From assembly GCA_964016885.1 (NCBI GenBank), contig OZ024759.1, positions 19,220,001-19,284,000 on the forward strand: a DNA stretch of 64,000 bases, read 5' to 3'. The notes below the pieces were generated by a model that did not search any database, was not told the DNA's origin, and saw only the letters and a list, made by a program, of their open reading frames with translations. This DNA is from Eledone cirrhosa (lineage: Eukaryota). Made by a program: the position numbers and the translations under genes. Positions 1-15,410 of this stretch are shown one piece after another; position 1 is the first letter of the stretch; the number at the start of each line of letters is the position of its first letter.

Positions 1-177
1 GGGTTGCACATTTTTTCGGGGGTATGTGTTACCCATATGAACTGTCTCCCCCTATTGGGGAAAATCGACTAATTTTTAAATTGCATTTGTGATATTTTAC
101 ACGTTTTTATTGTATGTAAACTTCCCCCTTTGTATTTGTCCCCTTCTTTTGTGCCCTGTGGCTAATAAAGAAACATA

Positions 178-178
<1 letters not shown>
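1..178 (+). mobile_element. Probable 3' end of a non-LTR retrotransposon, abutting (CT)n
   Basis: Ends TTTGTCCCCTTCTTTTGTGCCCTGTGGCTAATAAAGAAAC immediately before (CT)n. A similar tail occurs on the minus strand at ~56915-56980. Confidence 0.4.
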
Positions 179-267
<89 letters not shown>

Positions 268-322
268 ATACAATTTACATATCTTATCTTCCTCACCTGT
301 CTCTTCTTTTTTAATACAGTTT

Positions 323-1064
323 TGTATGTGTACGAATCTGTGTTTTCGCTTGGTATCACAGTTTTCTCATTTCGCTGTGGCAGGCCCTGAAATTTGAGAA
401 GGAACATTCTTTGATACAGTTTTCCCTCGCTATCACTTTACCTGTGATTGTAATGGAGAAGGGTTCAAAACTGATGTTAGGGATTACAGGATGCACGTAC
501 AAGTTAAAAAAAAAAACTGTCCTCAACAGAACAGCTTATGAAACTTGTAGTTGTTTTTAAGCATGCAACTAATACTATGTACTAAAACACAGACCACCCA
601 CCATTACTAACACAATATATGCTTGGACAGTGTAGGGCTTACTGCTGTTGGTGACTAACTCTGTCGCTATAGCAATGTGTAAGGGGGTGGCTCGGGAGCC
701 CAAAACGCCAGACGTTTTCGCCACTATAGGTTTAACAAGACACCAGTCCATTTCATGGGGTTCACTTCTGCAGTTGGCCCACACAACACTGATAGAAGCG
801 AGTAGGATAGGGGTTTAGGGACCCAAAACGCCAGGAGTCTCCACCGCTATAGTTTTAACGACAAACGGATAGGAAAGCTGCCGATTCTCCATTAGATTTT
901 GACCTTCACCTTGTCGGGTGACGAAGCCTGGGTCTGTCACCGAACTCCCTAATTTGTTCTTGGAGAAGGTGTCGCTACATGTTCCTTCTCAATTTTCGGG
1001 GCCTGCCACAGCGAAATGAGAAAACTGTGATACCAAAGCGAAAACACAGATTCGTACACATACA
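323..1064. mobile_element. Element bounded by ~85-bp terminal inverted repeats (non-autonomous, family unassigned)
   Basis: 323-407 (TGTATGTGTACGAATCTGTG...GAGAAGGAACAT) is the reverse complement of ~979-1064 with few mismatches. An internal imperfect direct repeat CCCAAAACGCCAG...CTATAG occurs at ~699 and ~822. Confidence 0.6.
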
Positions 1065-1516
1065 TACGTACATGCACTTACAGTTACATATACATACACA
1101 CAGTTAAACACATATACACACAGTTACACACAGTTACACTCACATACACACAGTCACACACTCACACACACAGAAACACAGACTTTGCTATATTGACTTT
1201 ACTACATACAAGTAATACAATTGCGTTATATCATTATATAATATATAAGATAATATAATATACATATTTATTATTTTTCTCTTGTGGCAGTCATTTCATT
1301 ATTCATTGAAAATAATTAGCTTCCACAACAGCTTGCAGCTGAGTACGATGTTTTACGACTAATTGAAAACGATATACTTTGCTTACATACAAACGTTAAA
1401 AAGAAAAATTGGAAGTTTGTTATAACCAACTCATTAGTATAATTTGTAAATGCATAATGTATTTTAAATATGTATTAATGTACTCTGGTCGTATGAAAAA
1501 ATCTATGGCATCAATC

Positions 1517-2594
<1,078 letters not shown>

Positions 2595-2596
2595 AC

Positions 2597-4320
2597 TCTT
2601 TTACTCTTTTACCTGTTTCAGCCATCCGGCTGAGGCCATGCTGGGGCACCGCCCTTGTTGCTACACATTTTATCTCCAGCCTGTATAGGTTGGCCACTGG
2701 TGTAGGAGGGAGTTTGTTGCTGCTGCCCTTAGGTTTCCCTCGTGTCTTGCTGTGGGCTCATCCGGGATCCTGGATAACAAGGTGTCGAGATGTTTCTTAA
2801 AGACATCCACCTCCACGTCATGCAAGTCTCGCAGATGCCTCGGCAGCCTGTTGAAGAGTTGAGGGCCCTTGAATCCCAGGCTATTGCAATACCTGCTCCT
2901 TATTCTAGATGTGGAAGACGGGACCTTTGGCACCACACAGTGACGTCCTGTTCGACGGTTGGTCCAGCTCCCAATGCCAAAGTTTGGTGCTAGTCCCTCC
3001 AGGATTTTCCACATGTAGATCACTGCGTATCTCTCCCGTCTTCGCTCCAAGGAGTAGAGGTTCAGTTCCTTCAGCCTCTCCCAGTAGCTTGTCTCCCTCA
3101 TCTTGGCAATCCTCTTGGTGTAGCTTCGCTGGATTGCTTCGAGCTCTGTGGTTAGTTTGACACTATGGGGTGACCACAGCTGGGAGCAGTAGTCCAGGCG
3201 GCTTAGGACAAAAGTCCTCCACAGTGTCAACATGGTGTCTCGATCTCTTGTAAGGAAAGTCCTCAAGATCCAGCCAGCGAATCGTCTACATGCTGTCGCC
3301 ACCTTCATGATGTGTGAAGAAAAAGATGCATCATCGCTCATGTCTATGCCCAGGTCTCGTATCGATTTTGACACGGGGATATCGGTCCCTCCTGGTCCTG
3401 TGTAGCTGTGTTCCGCTATATTTGTGTTTGTGTTTGCAGGTTTGTATTGTAGGGCTTGGAATTTGCCAGCATTAAACTGCATGTTGTTTTCTTCCGCCCA
3501 TCTGTATATGGCATCCAGATCCTGCTGTAAGAGGGCAGCGTCAGCCGGGTTTTTGATTGCTTGTGCTACCTTAGTGTCATCAGCATAGCTAGTGAGGGAT
3601 GTTGTTGCATGCACCACAGAGGGCATGTCCGAGAGAGCCACCAAAAACAGTAGTGGTCCCAGGACTGTCCCCTGAGGCACCCCACTTGTTATCGGTGTTT
3701 CCCTCGAGAGGGCCCCATTTGCTGCGACTGCCTGGCTTCTGTCCCTTAGGAAGCCATGCAGCCACTCACCTACTTTTCCAGTTATGCCGAGTCCGTGTAG
3801 TTTGTGACATATCATTCCGTGGTCGACCTTGTCAAAGGCCTTCGCAAAGTCAAGATATATCACGTCTACATGTGAGCTGTCTAGTAGTTGTCTCAGTACC
3901 CAGTCGTAGTGATGTAGCATCTGTGTAAGGCAGCTTCTTCCTGGGCGGAAGCCATGTTGCGTGCTAGTCAGGCGGTCATTTTCTTCGAGGAAAGTGATTA
4001 GTTTCTTTCTGACGACTCGCTCCATGACCTTACTGATATGCGACGTCAGGGAGACTGGCCTATAGTTCTTGGCCTCCGCTCTACTACCTCCTTTATGGAT
4101 AGGGCATATTGTGCCTTCTTTCAGCTCCCTGGGTAGTACACCGCTAGCCAAGGAGCTTCTGAAGAGCATCTTCAGTGGAGTTGCTAAGGCCCGCTTACAT
4201 ATTTTTAGGAGAACTGCTGGGAATCCATCAGGTCCAGCAGCCGAGTCTGTTCTAATTTCATCAATGGCGTACACCACATCCTCCTCCGTTATGTCTATGT
4301 GGTTGATGGTTGCCATTTCT
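2597..4320 (-). mobile_element. CR1-group LINE copy inserted within (TA)n, including 3' UTR
   Basis: The 3' UTR (minus) has hairpin CAGCC-GGAT-GGCTG followed by (GTAAAAGA)2 short repeats. TA microsatellite lies on both sides. Confidence 0.88.
2670..4316 (-). CDS. Reverse transcriptase (ORF2 C-terminal part) of a 5'-truncated CR1-group LINE
   Basis: Uninterrupted 548-aa frame with [49 protein letters not shown] and YADD, plus the CR1-type C-terminus [25 protein letters not shown]. The endonuclease is missing, so the listed Met is probably internal. Confidence 0.93.
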   Translation of the reverse strand: MATINHIDITEEDVVYAIDEIRTDSAAGPDGFPAVLLKICKRALATPLKMLFRSSLASGVLPRELKEGTICPIHKGGSRAEAKNYRPVSLTSHISKVMERVVRKKLITFLEENDRLTSTQHGFRPGRSCLTQMLHHYDWVLRQLLDSSHVDVIYLDFAKAFDKVDHGMICHKLHGLGITGKVGEWLHGFLRDRSQAVAANGALSRETPITSGVPQGTVLGPLLFLVALSDMPSVVHATTSLTSYADDTKVAQAIKNPADAALLQQDLDAIYRWAEENNMQFNAGKFQALQYKPANTNTNIAEHSYTGPGGTDIPVSKSIRDLGIDMSDDASFSSHIMKVATACRRFAGWILRTFLTRDRDTMLTLWRTFVLSRLDYCSQLWSPHSVKLTTELEAIQRSYTKRIAKMRETSYWERLKELNLYSLERRRERYAVIYMWKILEGLAPNFGIGSWTNRRTGRHCVVPKVPSSTSRIRSRYCNSLGFKGPQLFNRLPRHLRDLHDVEVDVFKKHLDTLLSRIPDEPTARHEGNLRAAATNSLLHQWPTYTGWR

Positions 4321-4329
4321 TGATATATA

Positions 4330-4401
<72 letters not shown>

Positions 4402-4496
4402 ATATATATATATGTATATATATATATAATATATATATATACATATATATATATATGTATATATATGTATATATATATAATATATGTATATATATG

Positions 4497-4587
<91 letters not shown>

Positions 4588-4627
4588 TATATATATAATA
4601 TATATATATATATGTATATATATAAAA

Positions 4628-4692
<65 letters not shown>

Positions 4693-4704
4693 GTATATAT
4701 ATAT

Positions 4705-4737
<33 letters not shown>

Positions 4738-4831
4738 GTATATATATATAATATATATATATAATATATATATATATATATGTATATATATATTTTTAAA
4801 AAAATATATATATATGTATATATATATATAT

Positions 4832-4881
<50 letters not shown>

Positions 4882-5982
4882 TTAAAAAATATATATATAT
4901 GTGTGTGTGTGTATGTATATTGTTCTAATATTTAATTGCTATGTGTAAAAGAAATACTGTTACACAGCACTTTAGTTGGTAATATATTTGATATATTACA
5001 TAGCAATATTCAAAATGACTATTTGGTACTTTTATACAGATACTTTTCTTTTTTTACTTTATTTTCTTTTGTTTTCTAAGCCATTTGCATAAAAAAATAC
5101 ACCCAAGACATTTTATTTCTTAATTTCCAGTACCATTATTAGAAATGGTAAGTTTAATTTGTATTGAATTTTTTCAGGCTTCCAACTTTACACACAAAGT
5201 GACTCTAAAAGTGTTCATGGTAGCCAGATTTTATCGTATTTATTCATATACTGTTTTATTTATGCATTGTTTCATCATATACTCAAACGGTTTACTTAAT
5301 TTTTCACACAATGTTTTAGGGTCGGCGCTGAAAAGTTTATAGGCTGACCAAGATACTCTCATGGAATGGCCCAATGTATGTTAGTTATGTTTCTCAGTGA
5401 ATAGGCTCAAAGGTCCTTGGTTCAGAGCACCAATAATTCAAATTTAAAAGATTTATTTAAAAAGAGAGAAAAAGTCATATATCGTTTGAGAAACACAGTT
5501 TTTTGTACACATATATTAATTGTTTCTACTTTTGGCACAAGGCCAGCAATTACCCAATGCATTACTGGTACTTTATTCTATCGACCCCGGAAGGATGAAA
5601 GGCAAAGTTAACCTCGGCGGATTTGTACACATATTAATATAATGAAATAATATTCAGGAAAAAGTAATATCTTCTTAAACGATATATCATTCTTTCTCTC
5701 TCTCTCTCTCTAAATATATCTTTTAAACGTATACATTCATACATACATATATATGAATGTACGTATAGTATATTTGGTAATATACTGTATGTTTATTTTA
5801 AAACATTTTGAAGACCATTCGCTATGAGTTTTAAAGTAGTGACTACGTCACTTACTTGGTCTCGGTAAAAGCAAAGGGAAGCAATTGACGGTCGTTTCTC
5901 GTTTGTTAGCGGTTGTCAAGATTACATATCTCTTCGCTTCAGCCGAGAATTATAGAAGCTGGATTCTAAGTGGTGTAATATA

Positions 5983-6014
<32 letters not shown>

Positions 6015-6055
6015 ATAAGTGGTTCAATATATATATATATATATAATAAGTGGTT

Positions 6056-6111
<56 letters not shown>

Positions 6112-6262
6112 ATACTTTGGGAGGGTCATGTTGCCATTAAGAAACACACGCACCAGTTGCTTTCACTTCAATTTAATTTATTAAATATTTATAAATTTAC
6201 AAATTTATAAATTTCTGGTTGGTTGGTTGGTTCCACAACCAGATAGTTGTTTATATATATAT

Positions 6263-6307
6263 AGTCATAGTTCTTTCGTCACACACTCTGTGACCTCTTC
6301 AGTGACT
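6263..6307 (-). ncRNA. Minimal type-I hammerhead ribozyme (family A)
   Basis: Minus strand: AGTCA-CTGAAGA-G-GTCACA-GAGTG-TGTGAC-GAA-AGAACT-A^TGACT. Stem I AGTCA/TGACT and stem II GTCACA/TGTGAC are perfect; the cleavage triplet is CUA. Confidence 0.8.
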
Positions 6308-6447
6308 GGGGATTTCTTTCTTCGTTTCTGTGCCTTTCCTTTCTTCTATCCTACGCCATTTTGTTTGTGTGTGGGTTGCGTGCTCAGTTTGCGCATGCGT
6401 CACATCCGGGTGTCTGTGTGTGTTTGTGTTCATTTTTCTATCAGAAA

Positions 6448-6515
<68 letters not shown>

Positions 6516-6924
6516 AATGGTTCAAGTTCAATATATATATATTTGTAATAATAAATAAAAAGGCAAAAATCCGAAGAGGGCTCGGTAAAGATTGTATGTA
6601 TATATAAGTATATATATACCCATAGAGCAAGTATTTAATATTAGTATAAAGTTTAAGCAAACAATTTCTGCTTACAGAAGATCTCAGATAAGTTGAAAGC
6701 AAAAATGTATCTTTTATATCTCCATAGTTAATTTATCTGGCAATCAATGTTTATCATTGATTGACCAACGGTTAAAAATACAGATATAAATATATGCAAA
6801 AGTTCTATTTAAAATTGTTGGGTTACAACAAGTAAATATTTTATAACTGATATAAAGCACTCGAAAGTTTTGGAGTAGATATACGATATTAAACAAATGG
6901 AAACTATATTTATAAAACCATATT

Positions 6925-6990
6925 TATTTCATTATACATATTTCGGGGATACCATATTAAAAATATGGCATGCCTTCTTCAGATAAAATA
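6925..6990 (-). ncRNA. Type-I hammerhead ribozyme (family G)
   Basis: Minus strand: TATTTTAT-CTGAAGA-AGGC-ATGCCATATT-TTT-AATATGGTAT-CCCC-GAA-ATATGTAT-A^ATGAAATA. It has an 8-bp stem I with one G.U pair, a 10-bp inner stem II and a near-palindromic helix III. Confidence 0.75.
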
Positions 6991-7082
6991 CAATATATAA
7001 ACAGTTTTATAAATAATTTTGACGTACCATAAATATTGAGCAACCGTTATGTAGGAAGCCGGTTTGGTAGATATAAATATAT

Positions 7083-7262
7083 ATATATATATAGTCTATC
7101 AAAATTCTTTCGTCACACACCTGTGACATCATCAGTGGTACTATTATGTTTCCTCATGATGTATTGTAATGTCTACGCCATAGACATTACGATACAACGG
7201 GAGGAAACATAATGGTACCACTGATGATGTCACAGGTGTGTGACGAAAGAATTTTGATAGAC

Positions 7263-7272
<10 letters not shown>
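7083..7272. mobile_element. Fold-back remnant of family A with two divergent hammerhead cores (7096-7140 -, 7216-7260 +)
   Basis: Inverted arms of ~85 bp around GCCA at ~7177. Each arm carries CTGATGA-T-GTCAC..GTGAC-GAAA; stem I is imperfect. Flanked by (TA)n. Confidence 0.75.
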
Positions 7273-7307
<35 letters not shown>

Positions 7308-7527
7308 CTGTATTTTTATCACAGGTGTGATGAAAGAACTTTGGTCAATCAATGATAAACATTAATTACCAAATATATTAACTATAGGGGTATAAAATAT
7401 ACAGAAGCGAAAACCAAATCAAAACGAATCAGTAAGTGTGTTTTACTATTATTTCTGGCAATATTATAACAATATGACCCTTCCCAAGTAGAACAATATT
7501 TATATACATATATATATATATATATAT

Positions 7528-8060
7528 GATGGCTGCCCCCTCGTTATCGAGTATGGCCATTGCACGATATACCATTATTAATAATTATTAATTAATTCTA
7601 TCGTGCAATGCCTGTGCGTGAAGATATTTTTTAAAGTGAGGAAAGACTGTGCACTGAGCCAATCCCACTCTCTGAGCGACAGTAGCTATAACCCGAAAAG
7701 AAGAAAAGATCAACATTATCGGTAACTACTGAGCCGCAGGTTTTATATCGGAGTTATCCCAGTTTCCTGAGTTGCCTTCTCCTAGAAGAATGCCCTGACA
7801 AAGACTAGGGGTCTTTCAGGTCCAGTGGTTTAAGCGCGCGGTACATGTGTATATACATATTTACACACTTTTGGGTGGCCGTTGACTCTTATGAGTTCTT
7901 TCGCCCTTTGTCAGGTTTTGTTTTTTGTCCTGCAGGGTGTCCAAAATCACCCTCCTCACCAAGTAAACTTGGTGGGGTTGCCCGTTTAGTCGCCGACGAC
8001 CATGCGACAGGTTGTACTGTGTTACATGTTACCACCAGCACTCAAGAGTCACCTGACATG
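7528..8060 (-). mobile_element. Non-autonomous RTE-LINE-derived element (5' UTR-like head joined to a short 3' tail); related copy at 10287-10670 (+)
   Basis: Contains the motif TTCTAGGAGAAGG(C/A)AACTC that I recognise from RTE-clade 5' UTRs. Its 5' start ATGTCAGGT and 3' end GGCC.TACTCGA..ACGAG..GGCAGCCA match the copy at 17591-18200. Confidence 0.6.
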
Positions 8061-8085
8061 TATATATATATGTATATATATATAT

Positions 8086-8272
8086 ATTGTTATACTTTGG
8101 GAGGGTCATGTTGCCAATAGGAAACACACGCACCAGTTGCTTTCACTCCAATTTATTATAAATTAAATTATAAATTTTTAAATTTATAATTTAATTTATA
8201 ATAAATTGGAGTTAAAGCAACTGGTGCGTGTGTTTCTTATTGGCAACATGACCCTCCCAAAGTATAACAATA
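8086..8272. mobile_element. Fold-back of family A 3' part
   Basis: ~90-bp inverted arms (TATTGTTATACTTTGGGAGGGTCATG... / ...CATGACCCTCCCAAAGTATAACAATA). The same tail occurs at 6105, 7475, 12831, 14455, 34211, 51320 and 55180. Confidence 0.8.
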
Positions 8273-8327
8273 TCGGTTTCAACACACGTTTTCAGATAAA
8301 GAATCTTGCTAAACAAATTCATAAACG

Positions 8328-8397
<70 letters not shown>

Positions 8398-8471
8398 TGG
8401 TACAGTCTATTTTACACTCCCTCTATATAGAAATACAACTTTACTGTACACGTCGGCCGCTAACACACTTC

Positions 8472-8511
<40 letters not shown>

Positions 8512-8703
8512 TGAGTGTGTGAATGTATGTATATATATATATGTATATGTGTGTGTGTTTGTATATATATATATGTGTGTGTGTATGTATGTATGTGTGT
8601 GTGTATGAATATATATGTATCTATGTATGTATGTATGTATGTATGTGTGTGTGTGTATGTATGCGTGTGTATGTATGAATATATATATATATATATATAC
8701 ATA

Positions 8704-8746
<43 letters not shown>

Positions 8747-8747
8747 G

Positions 8748-8855
<108 letters not shown>

Positions 8856-9034
8856 GTAAAGTTCAGGTATGAGGCGGTAGATAATGAAAGATATATATCA
8901 AATTAGAAAGGAAAACTATTGGTACGATAACGTATATCAATCTATTATTGTATCTGTATAATGTATCACAAAAGTAATATTTATTACTGCTGTTTCTGCA
9001 TTTCAATCACTGAAAGAAAATATATCAAGGAGCA

Positions 9035-9084
<50 letters not shown>

Positions 9085-9140
9085 CGTGTGTGTGTGTGTA
9101 TGTATATATAATATATATATATAATGTGTGTGTGTGTGTG

Positions 9141-9197
<57 letters not shown>

Positions 9198-9235
9198 CGT
9201 CGGCCGCTAACACACGTCGGCCGCTAACACACTTC

Positions 9236-9283
<48 letters not shown>

Positions 9284-9358
9284 GAAGTGTGTTAGCGGCC
9301 GACGTGTACAGTAAAGTTGTATTTCTATATAGAGGGAGTGTAAAATAGACTGTACCAA

Positions 9359-9419
<61 letters not shown>

Positions 9420-9447
9420 GAAGAGAATATATATCAAAATTAGTGCA

Positions 9448-9495
<48 letters not shown>

Positions 9496-9616
9496 ATGTG
9501 TGTGTGTGTGTATGTATATATATATATATATATATATAAAACAGCAGAGAATATATATCAAAATTAGTGCAGAATATATATATATATATATATATATATG
9601 TGTATATGTGTGTGTA

Positions 9617-9649
<33 letters not shown>

Positions 9650-9797
9650 TTATATATATAAAATAGAGAATATATATATATCAAAATTAAAAGGAAAATA
9701 TTTTATTACACTAGCTGCAATGTAATTCAGATGATGTAGGAGTAAGATAATTCTTGATGCTCGTAATAATAGTAATAATAATAATAATAATAATCAC

Positions 9798-9840
<43 letters not shown>

Positions 9841-9928
9841 ATTATTATTACTTCTTTTTATTTGCCACCAGGGCTTTAATAATAATAATGATGGAAATAA
9901 CAAAATTAATAATAATGGAAACAACAGC

Positions 9929-9978
<50 letters not shown>

Positions 9979-10690
9979 TATCGATAACCATAACAGAGAA
10001 TCAGGAGAAATCACATATAGCAATTCAGTAATGCAAACACTTACATGTTTTCATAATATACTCATCTGGACATTAAACGTAAGATAATAGTTCACACATT
10101 TACACATGTAATGTAAAGTGAAGATATAGATGAAATTTCAGATATATTTACCTATCAACTTACATACCTGCATATCTTTATCTTCCTACATAAATTGATT
10201 GGCCGGTTTGGAAGGAGTAACGCATCTCCAAACATTCTCCCTGTCTCTATACATGGCTATGTTTCTATGTATGTATATATGCTTGTAAAGGGCGGAAGAA
10301 GTCATAAGCGTCAACGGCCATCGGAAAGTGTGTAAATATGTATATACACATGTACCGCACGGTTAAACCACTGGGAGTGAAGGACCCCTAGCCTTTGTCA
10401 GGGCATTCTTCTAGGAGAAGGCAATTCAGGAAACTGGGATAACTCCGATATAAAACCTGCGGTTCAGTAGTTACCGATGATGTTGATCTTTTCTTCTTTT
10501 CGGGTTATAGCTACTGTCGCTGAGAGAGTGGGATTGGCTCAGTGCACAGTCTTTCCTCACTTTAAAAAATATCTTCACGCACAGGCATTGCACGATAGCA
10601 TTAATTAATAATTATTAATAATGGTATATCGTGCAATGGCCATACTCGATAACGAGGGGGCAGTCATCATGTATATATGTATGTATGTAA

Positions 10691-10758
<68 letters not shown>

Positions 10759-11071
10759 TGACGCAATTTCTGGCGGTCAGCGGCCTTTAGACTCACCTGA
10801 TTAATGAAACAATTGTTAATACTCTAAATAAACCATTTTTGTACAGCCGACCATGTTATTCTTCACTCTTTCACTATTATTACTCCAAGAACCACCTGCA
10901 TGGACATTCTCTTAAACTCTCCACATAAGGAAACTTCTTGTTGGGTCAAACAACGCCGTACGTTAAAACTATCCACAGTACAGAGTAATCACAACCTCTA
11001 ACTGGATTACCTTAAACGATGCCTTGTTATCCTATATATATATATATATATGCAGTCATTGTAGCTTTTTC

Positions 11072-11172
<101 letters not shown>

Positions 11173-11282
11173 GTGAGGTTTTTTTTACAAAATGAAAAAT
11201 AACCGAGGTGTCCTACACGAGTGAAAGTATAAAGAAAAAGAGATGAAATCGAAAATGCAACTGGAGTCTTATTTTTTTTTTT

Positions 11283-11323
<41 letters not shown>

Positions 11324-11381
11324 GCAGTCATTGTAGCTTTCTCTGAATATATATATAATATGCAATCATTGTAGCTTTCTC

Positions 11382-11445
<64 letters not shown>

Positions 11446-11462
11446 ATAATTGTAGCTTTCTC

Positions 11463-11502
<40 letters not shown>

Positions 11503-12735
11503 GTCATTGTAGCTTTCTCTGAATATATATATATATAATATGCAATCATTGTAGCTTTCTCTGTATATATGTGTGTGTGTGCGTGTATGTGTGTGTGTGT
11601 GTACACATTGAAAGAAGAGTCACTCGTGGCTAAAGTTCTCAAGGGACAGTAAGAAATGGACAAGACGATAGTCTTAAGTACTATTTACAGATAAAAGAAA
11701 ATTTGCTACTAACCCGTCAGCTGCAACTGAAAAAGAGATATAGACGAGGTCCAACATATCGGTTAGCCAAGGGGGAGAAGTAAAAGATATTGTGAAAGAG
11801 ATTGAAAGTATAGACACTTAGTCCTAAAAAGACTGACACAACGACCATGAGCAAGTGAGAGAGAGGGAGAGGGGAGAGAGAATGAGATAGGGGAGGGAGA
11901 GAGAGAGAAAGAGACTAAGTGAAGAAAGGCAGACAAACGCGGAGGTTTGAAAATAAAAAGAATCCCGCGTGGCTAAAAACATAAGAATGAATATAAAAAT
12001 ATGGGTGAAGGCAGAAAAATGAACGAATACAGAGAGTCCCATCTCATCAGTCGACCGCTAGAGATACATTGTTTCAGGGCTTTTTGATGGATACAACTGG
12101 CTCTAGTACACAAGAGACAGCGGAAAAGAGAAGAAGGAGAACGTATATTTATTTCGTCAAATTTTAGAAACACTACATGCGTAACTTAATATTTTTAAAT
12201 TCCAAATTTTATCCAACCATATTTATTAGAAATATTGATGTCAAAATACTTTTGGTTTTGGTTGGTGTATATCTTATGTCACAGAATTGATAAGCAATCT
12301 ATATATATTGGATTTATATTAAATATGTATGCAGAACGTTGAGGAAATAGCTAGAATTATTTATACAACCGTTTAGTTATTTCTTGCATGAAACGATTTA
12401 GAGAAAGAAAATATTACAATATTTAATGAAATTTCTGCTGTATAAAAAAAAATACCGAGAAATATTGTTGAAAATTTGTTTCCACCAACTATTTATCATC
12501 CCACGCAATTTTCAAGGGATTCGTGACTATGTTTCTACTTGAAATTGAACAATAGTTATGTGTCATATTATGGAATATGTATTAATATCTATTAATATGC
12601 ATTAATACAATTTAATACGCAATATCTGAAATACGACAATAAGAATACTTAATGTATTTAGTTAGGTAATAATCGAGAAATGCAAATGACATTTTGACAT
12701 TTCAATTAGACCTTGGTTTACACACACACACACAC

Positions 12736-12830
<95 letters not shown>

Positions 12831-12832
<2 letters not shown>

Positions 12833-13415
12833 ATACTTGGGGAGGGTCAGGGTCATATTTGTGTAATAATATTGCTAGAATTAATAACAGAACACACTCA
12901 CTGTTTGGTTGGTTTTCGCTTCTGTATCTTTTATATCGGTTAATTTGATTTACTCGGTCCTCAACGTCACCATTGACTGACCAACGGTCAAAAATACAGA
13001 TATAATATAGACACAAACACATATATATAGTCTAACAAAGTTCTTTCGTTGCACATCTGCAACATCGTCAGTGGTGCTAATATGTTTCCTCTTGGCGTAG
13101 ACATACAATACACCACTGTTCTTTTGTTGCAGATGTGCAGCGAAAGAAGTTTGTTAGACCATATATATGTGTTTGTGTCTATATTATATCTTTATTTTTG
13201 ACCGTTGGTCAGTCAATGGTAACATTGAGGACCGAGTAAATTAAATTAACTGATATAAAAGATACAGAAGCGAAAACCAATCAAACAGTGAGTGTGTTCT
13301 ATTATTAATTCTGGCAATATTATTACACAAATATGACCCTTCCTAAGTATAACAATATTTGTTTCGACACACGATTTCATATCAAAAGCCTCGCAAAACT
13401 AATTCATCGCCGTTA
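12831..13415. mobile_element. Family A element as a long inverted repeat, with a hammerhead core at 13032-13076 (-)
   Basis: Arms ~12831-13063 and ~13125-13352. Minus strand reads CTGACGA-T-GTTGCA-GATG-TGCAAC-GAAAGAACTT. Confidence 0.8.
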
Positions 13416-13434
13416 TATATATATATATATATAT

Positions 13435-13650
13435 ATATTTATTAAAATAACAGATTAAAGTTTAAGCAAAGAATCGCTGCTTTCACCCTTAACGGGATCT
13501 TCTGAAACTCAGAAGATCCCGTTAAGGGTGAAAGCAGCGATTCTTTGCTTAAACTTTAATCTGTTATTTTAATAAATATTTGCTCTACGGTTCTTATATA
13601 TTTGATATATATTTTCCTTATCGAGCCCTCTTTGGATTTTAGTCTTCAAT
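13435..13650. mobile_element. Perfect 71-bp-arm palindrome plus tail (related copy at ~6545-6700)
   Basis: 13435-13505 and 13509-13579 are exact reverse complements around loop AAC. The downstream tail matches the reverse complement of 6550-6672. Confidence 0.8.
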
Positions 13651-13661
13651 TTTATTATTAT

Positions 13662-13720
<59 letters not shown>

Positions 13721-13820
13721 CACATACATACATAGAAAACAAAGCGGTTTCCTATTAAGCTATTTATTGATTATATACAGTGACGACCGTTTCACAGATG
13801 GATGGCTCAGGATCTATGTA

Positions 13821-13983
13821 CCGTATTTCCTGGCGCCGAGGACGCTTCGTCCTCGAGGACGCACCCTAATTTTGACAACCAAAAATTTGAAAAAAAATAA
13901 TAAACAATGTCTCCAGGACGCATGGTAGATTTTTTAGACTTATTTCAGGAAAAAAGTAGCGTCTTCGACGCCGGGAAATACGG
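13821..13983. mobile_element. pogo/Tigger-like MITE with TA target duplication
   Basis: TA|CCGTATTTCCTGGCGCCGAGGACGC ... GCGTCTTCGACGCCGGGAAATACGG|TA. It interrupts an older element whose uninterrupted copy is at 33315-33480. Confidence 0.85.
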
Positions 13984-14294
13984 TAAATGGTATTTACCCG
14001 ACCTCCAGCCCGATCTACTCATTAGACATGTTAGTCAAGCAGAATCAAAATCTCAGCTTATATATATATATATATCAGAGGGGGAGAGAGAGATTGATTG
14101 AAGTTGTGTGGTTATATATCAAATTAAAATATAGAGTTACAAAATCACAATAATCCCCCTATGATCAAGGGAGATCAGAGATCAAGGAGGAGAGACCGAG
14201 CTCTTTATAAATCATAGCAATGAGAGAAGGCACATAAAGAATTGTCAGATAGCAGGGGTTCTGACAATTTATTATGTGCCTTCTCTCATTGCTA

Positions 14295-14386
<92 letters not shown>

Positions 14387-14879
14387 AAGTTTGATGTTTA
14401 TATATGTGTGTGTATATATATATATGTGTGTGTGCGTGTGCGTGCGTGTGTGTATTGTTATGCTTTGGGAGAATCATGCTGCCAATAAAAGCACTGTGGC
14501 TTCCTTATTGTTATATTTTACTCCATCCTTAGATAAACAAATACAGTAGCATGAGGTGGTAAACAAAATGTCGTGAATAGAAAAAATGTATTACGACTGA
14601 AAATTAAACAAGATATGGTACAGGAAAAGAAAAAGAAATAGATAGATTGGATTAGCCCTAACGGTAGAGTGTCGGGCAGAATTGTGACATTTTCAATCCA
14701 ATCCAGGGTTTTTCAGTTTGGTTTTTGTCATGTGAGATGTGTAGCGGTACTCTACTCACCACACTTGACCAATTGCGGATTGGTGGGGTTATTTAAACCA
14801 TAGTTGAGGGTGGTTTGCAGTTGACACCGAGGAGTTCATTCGCCGTTTTTACGACTTTTGTATTTGAGCTACTGAATTT

Positions 14880-15410
14880 CCACTTAACCTTCTCACCGGG
14901 CAAGGGTCTGACGGAGGAACTGGTTTAATCACCGACCACCCGACCATGAAGCAGGTTCTACTGGGTTACATGGCAGCAGTAACAGGCAGAAGCCTAACCT
15001 GACATAAGTTGGGCTAAATGGACATTAACTCTGAGGAGTACATCCGCCCTTTGAACAGCTAGTTTTTTGTGCTGCTGGGTTCCACGTACCCTCCTCACCT
15101 GACAAAAGGGTCTTGTGGGGGAGCCGATTTAGTCACCGACCACCCGACCATGAAGCGGGTTCTACTGGGTTACATGGTAGCAGTAACAGGCAGAAGCCTA
15201 ACCTGACATAAGTTGGGCTAAATGGACATTAACTCTGAGGAGTACATCCGCCCTTTGAACAGCTCGTTTTTTGTGCTGCTGGGTTTCACGTACCCTCCTC
15301 ACCTGACAAAAGGGTCTTGTGGGGGAGTCGGTTTAGTCACCGACCACCCGACCATGAAGCAGGTTGTACTGGGTTACATGTTACCAGTAGCAGGGAGAAG
15401 CCTGACCTGA
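14880..15410 (-). repeat. Tandem array of ~2.6 x 204-bp units derived from the 5' head of the RTE-related element
   Basis: ACCGACCACCCGACCATG recurs at 14931, 15135 and 15339. The reverse complement aligns with 17591-17780. Confidence 0.8.

Noticed and set aside
5131-5147. Possible 17-nt micro-exon (TTTCCAG|...|GTAAGT)
   Set aside because: No supporting neighbouring exons; the next acceptor gives only a 30-nt intron, and the site is adjacent to a MITE end.
10797-10820. CTGATTAATGAAACAATTGTT with palindrome ACAATTGT
   Set aside because: The core is mismatched, with no stem II or stem I. At most a decayed remnant.
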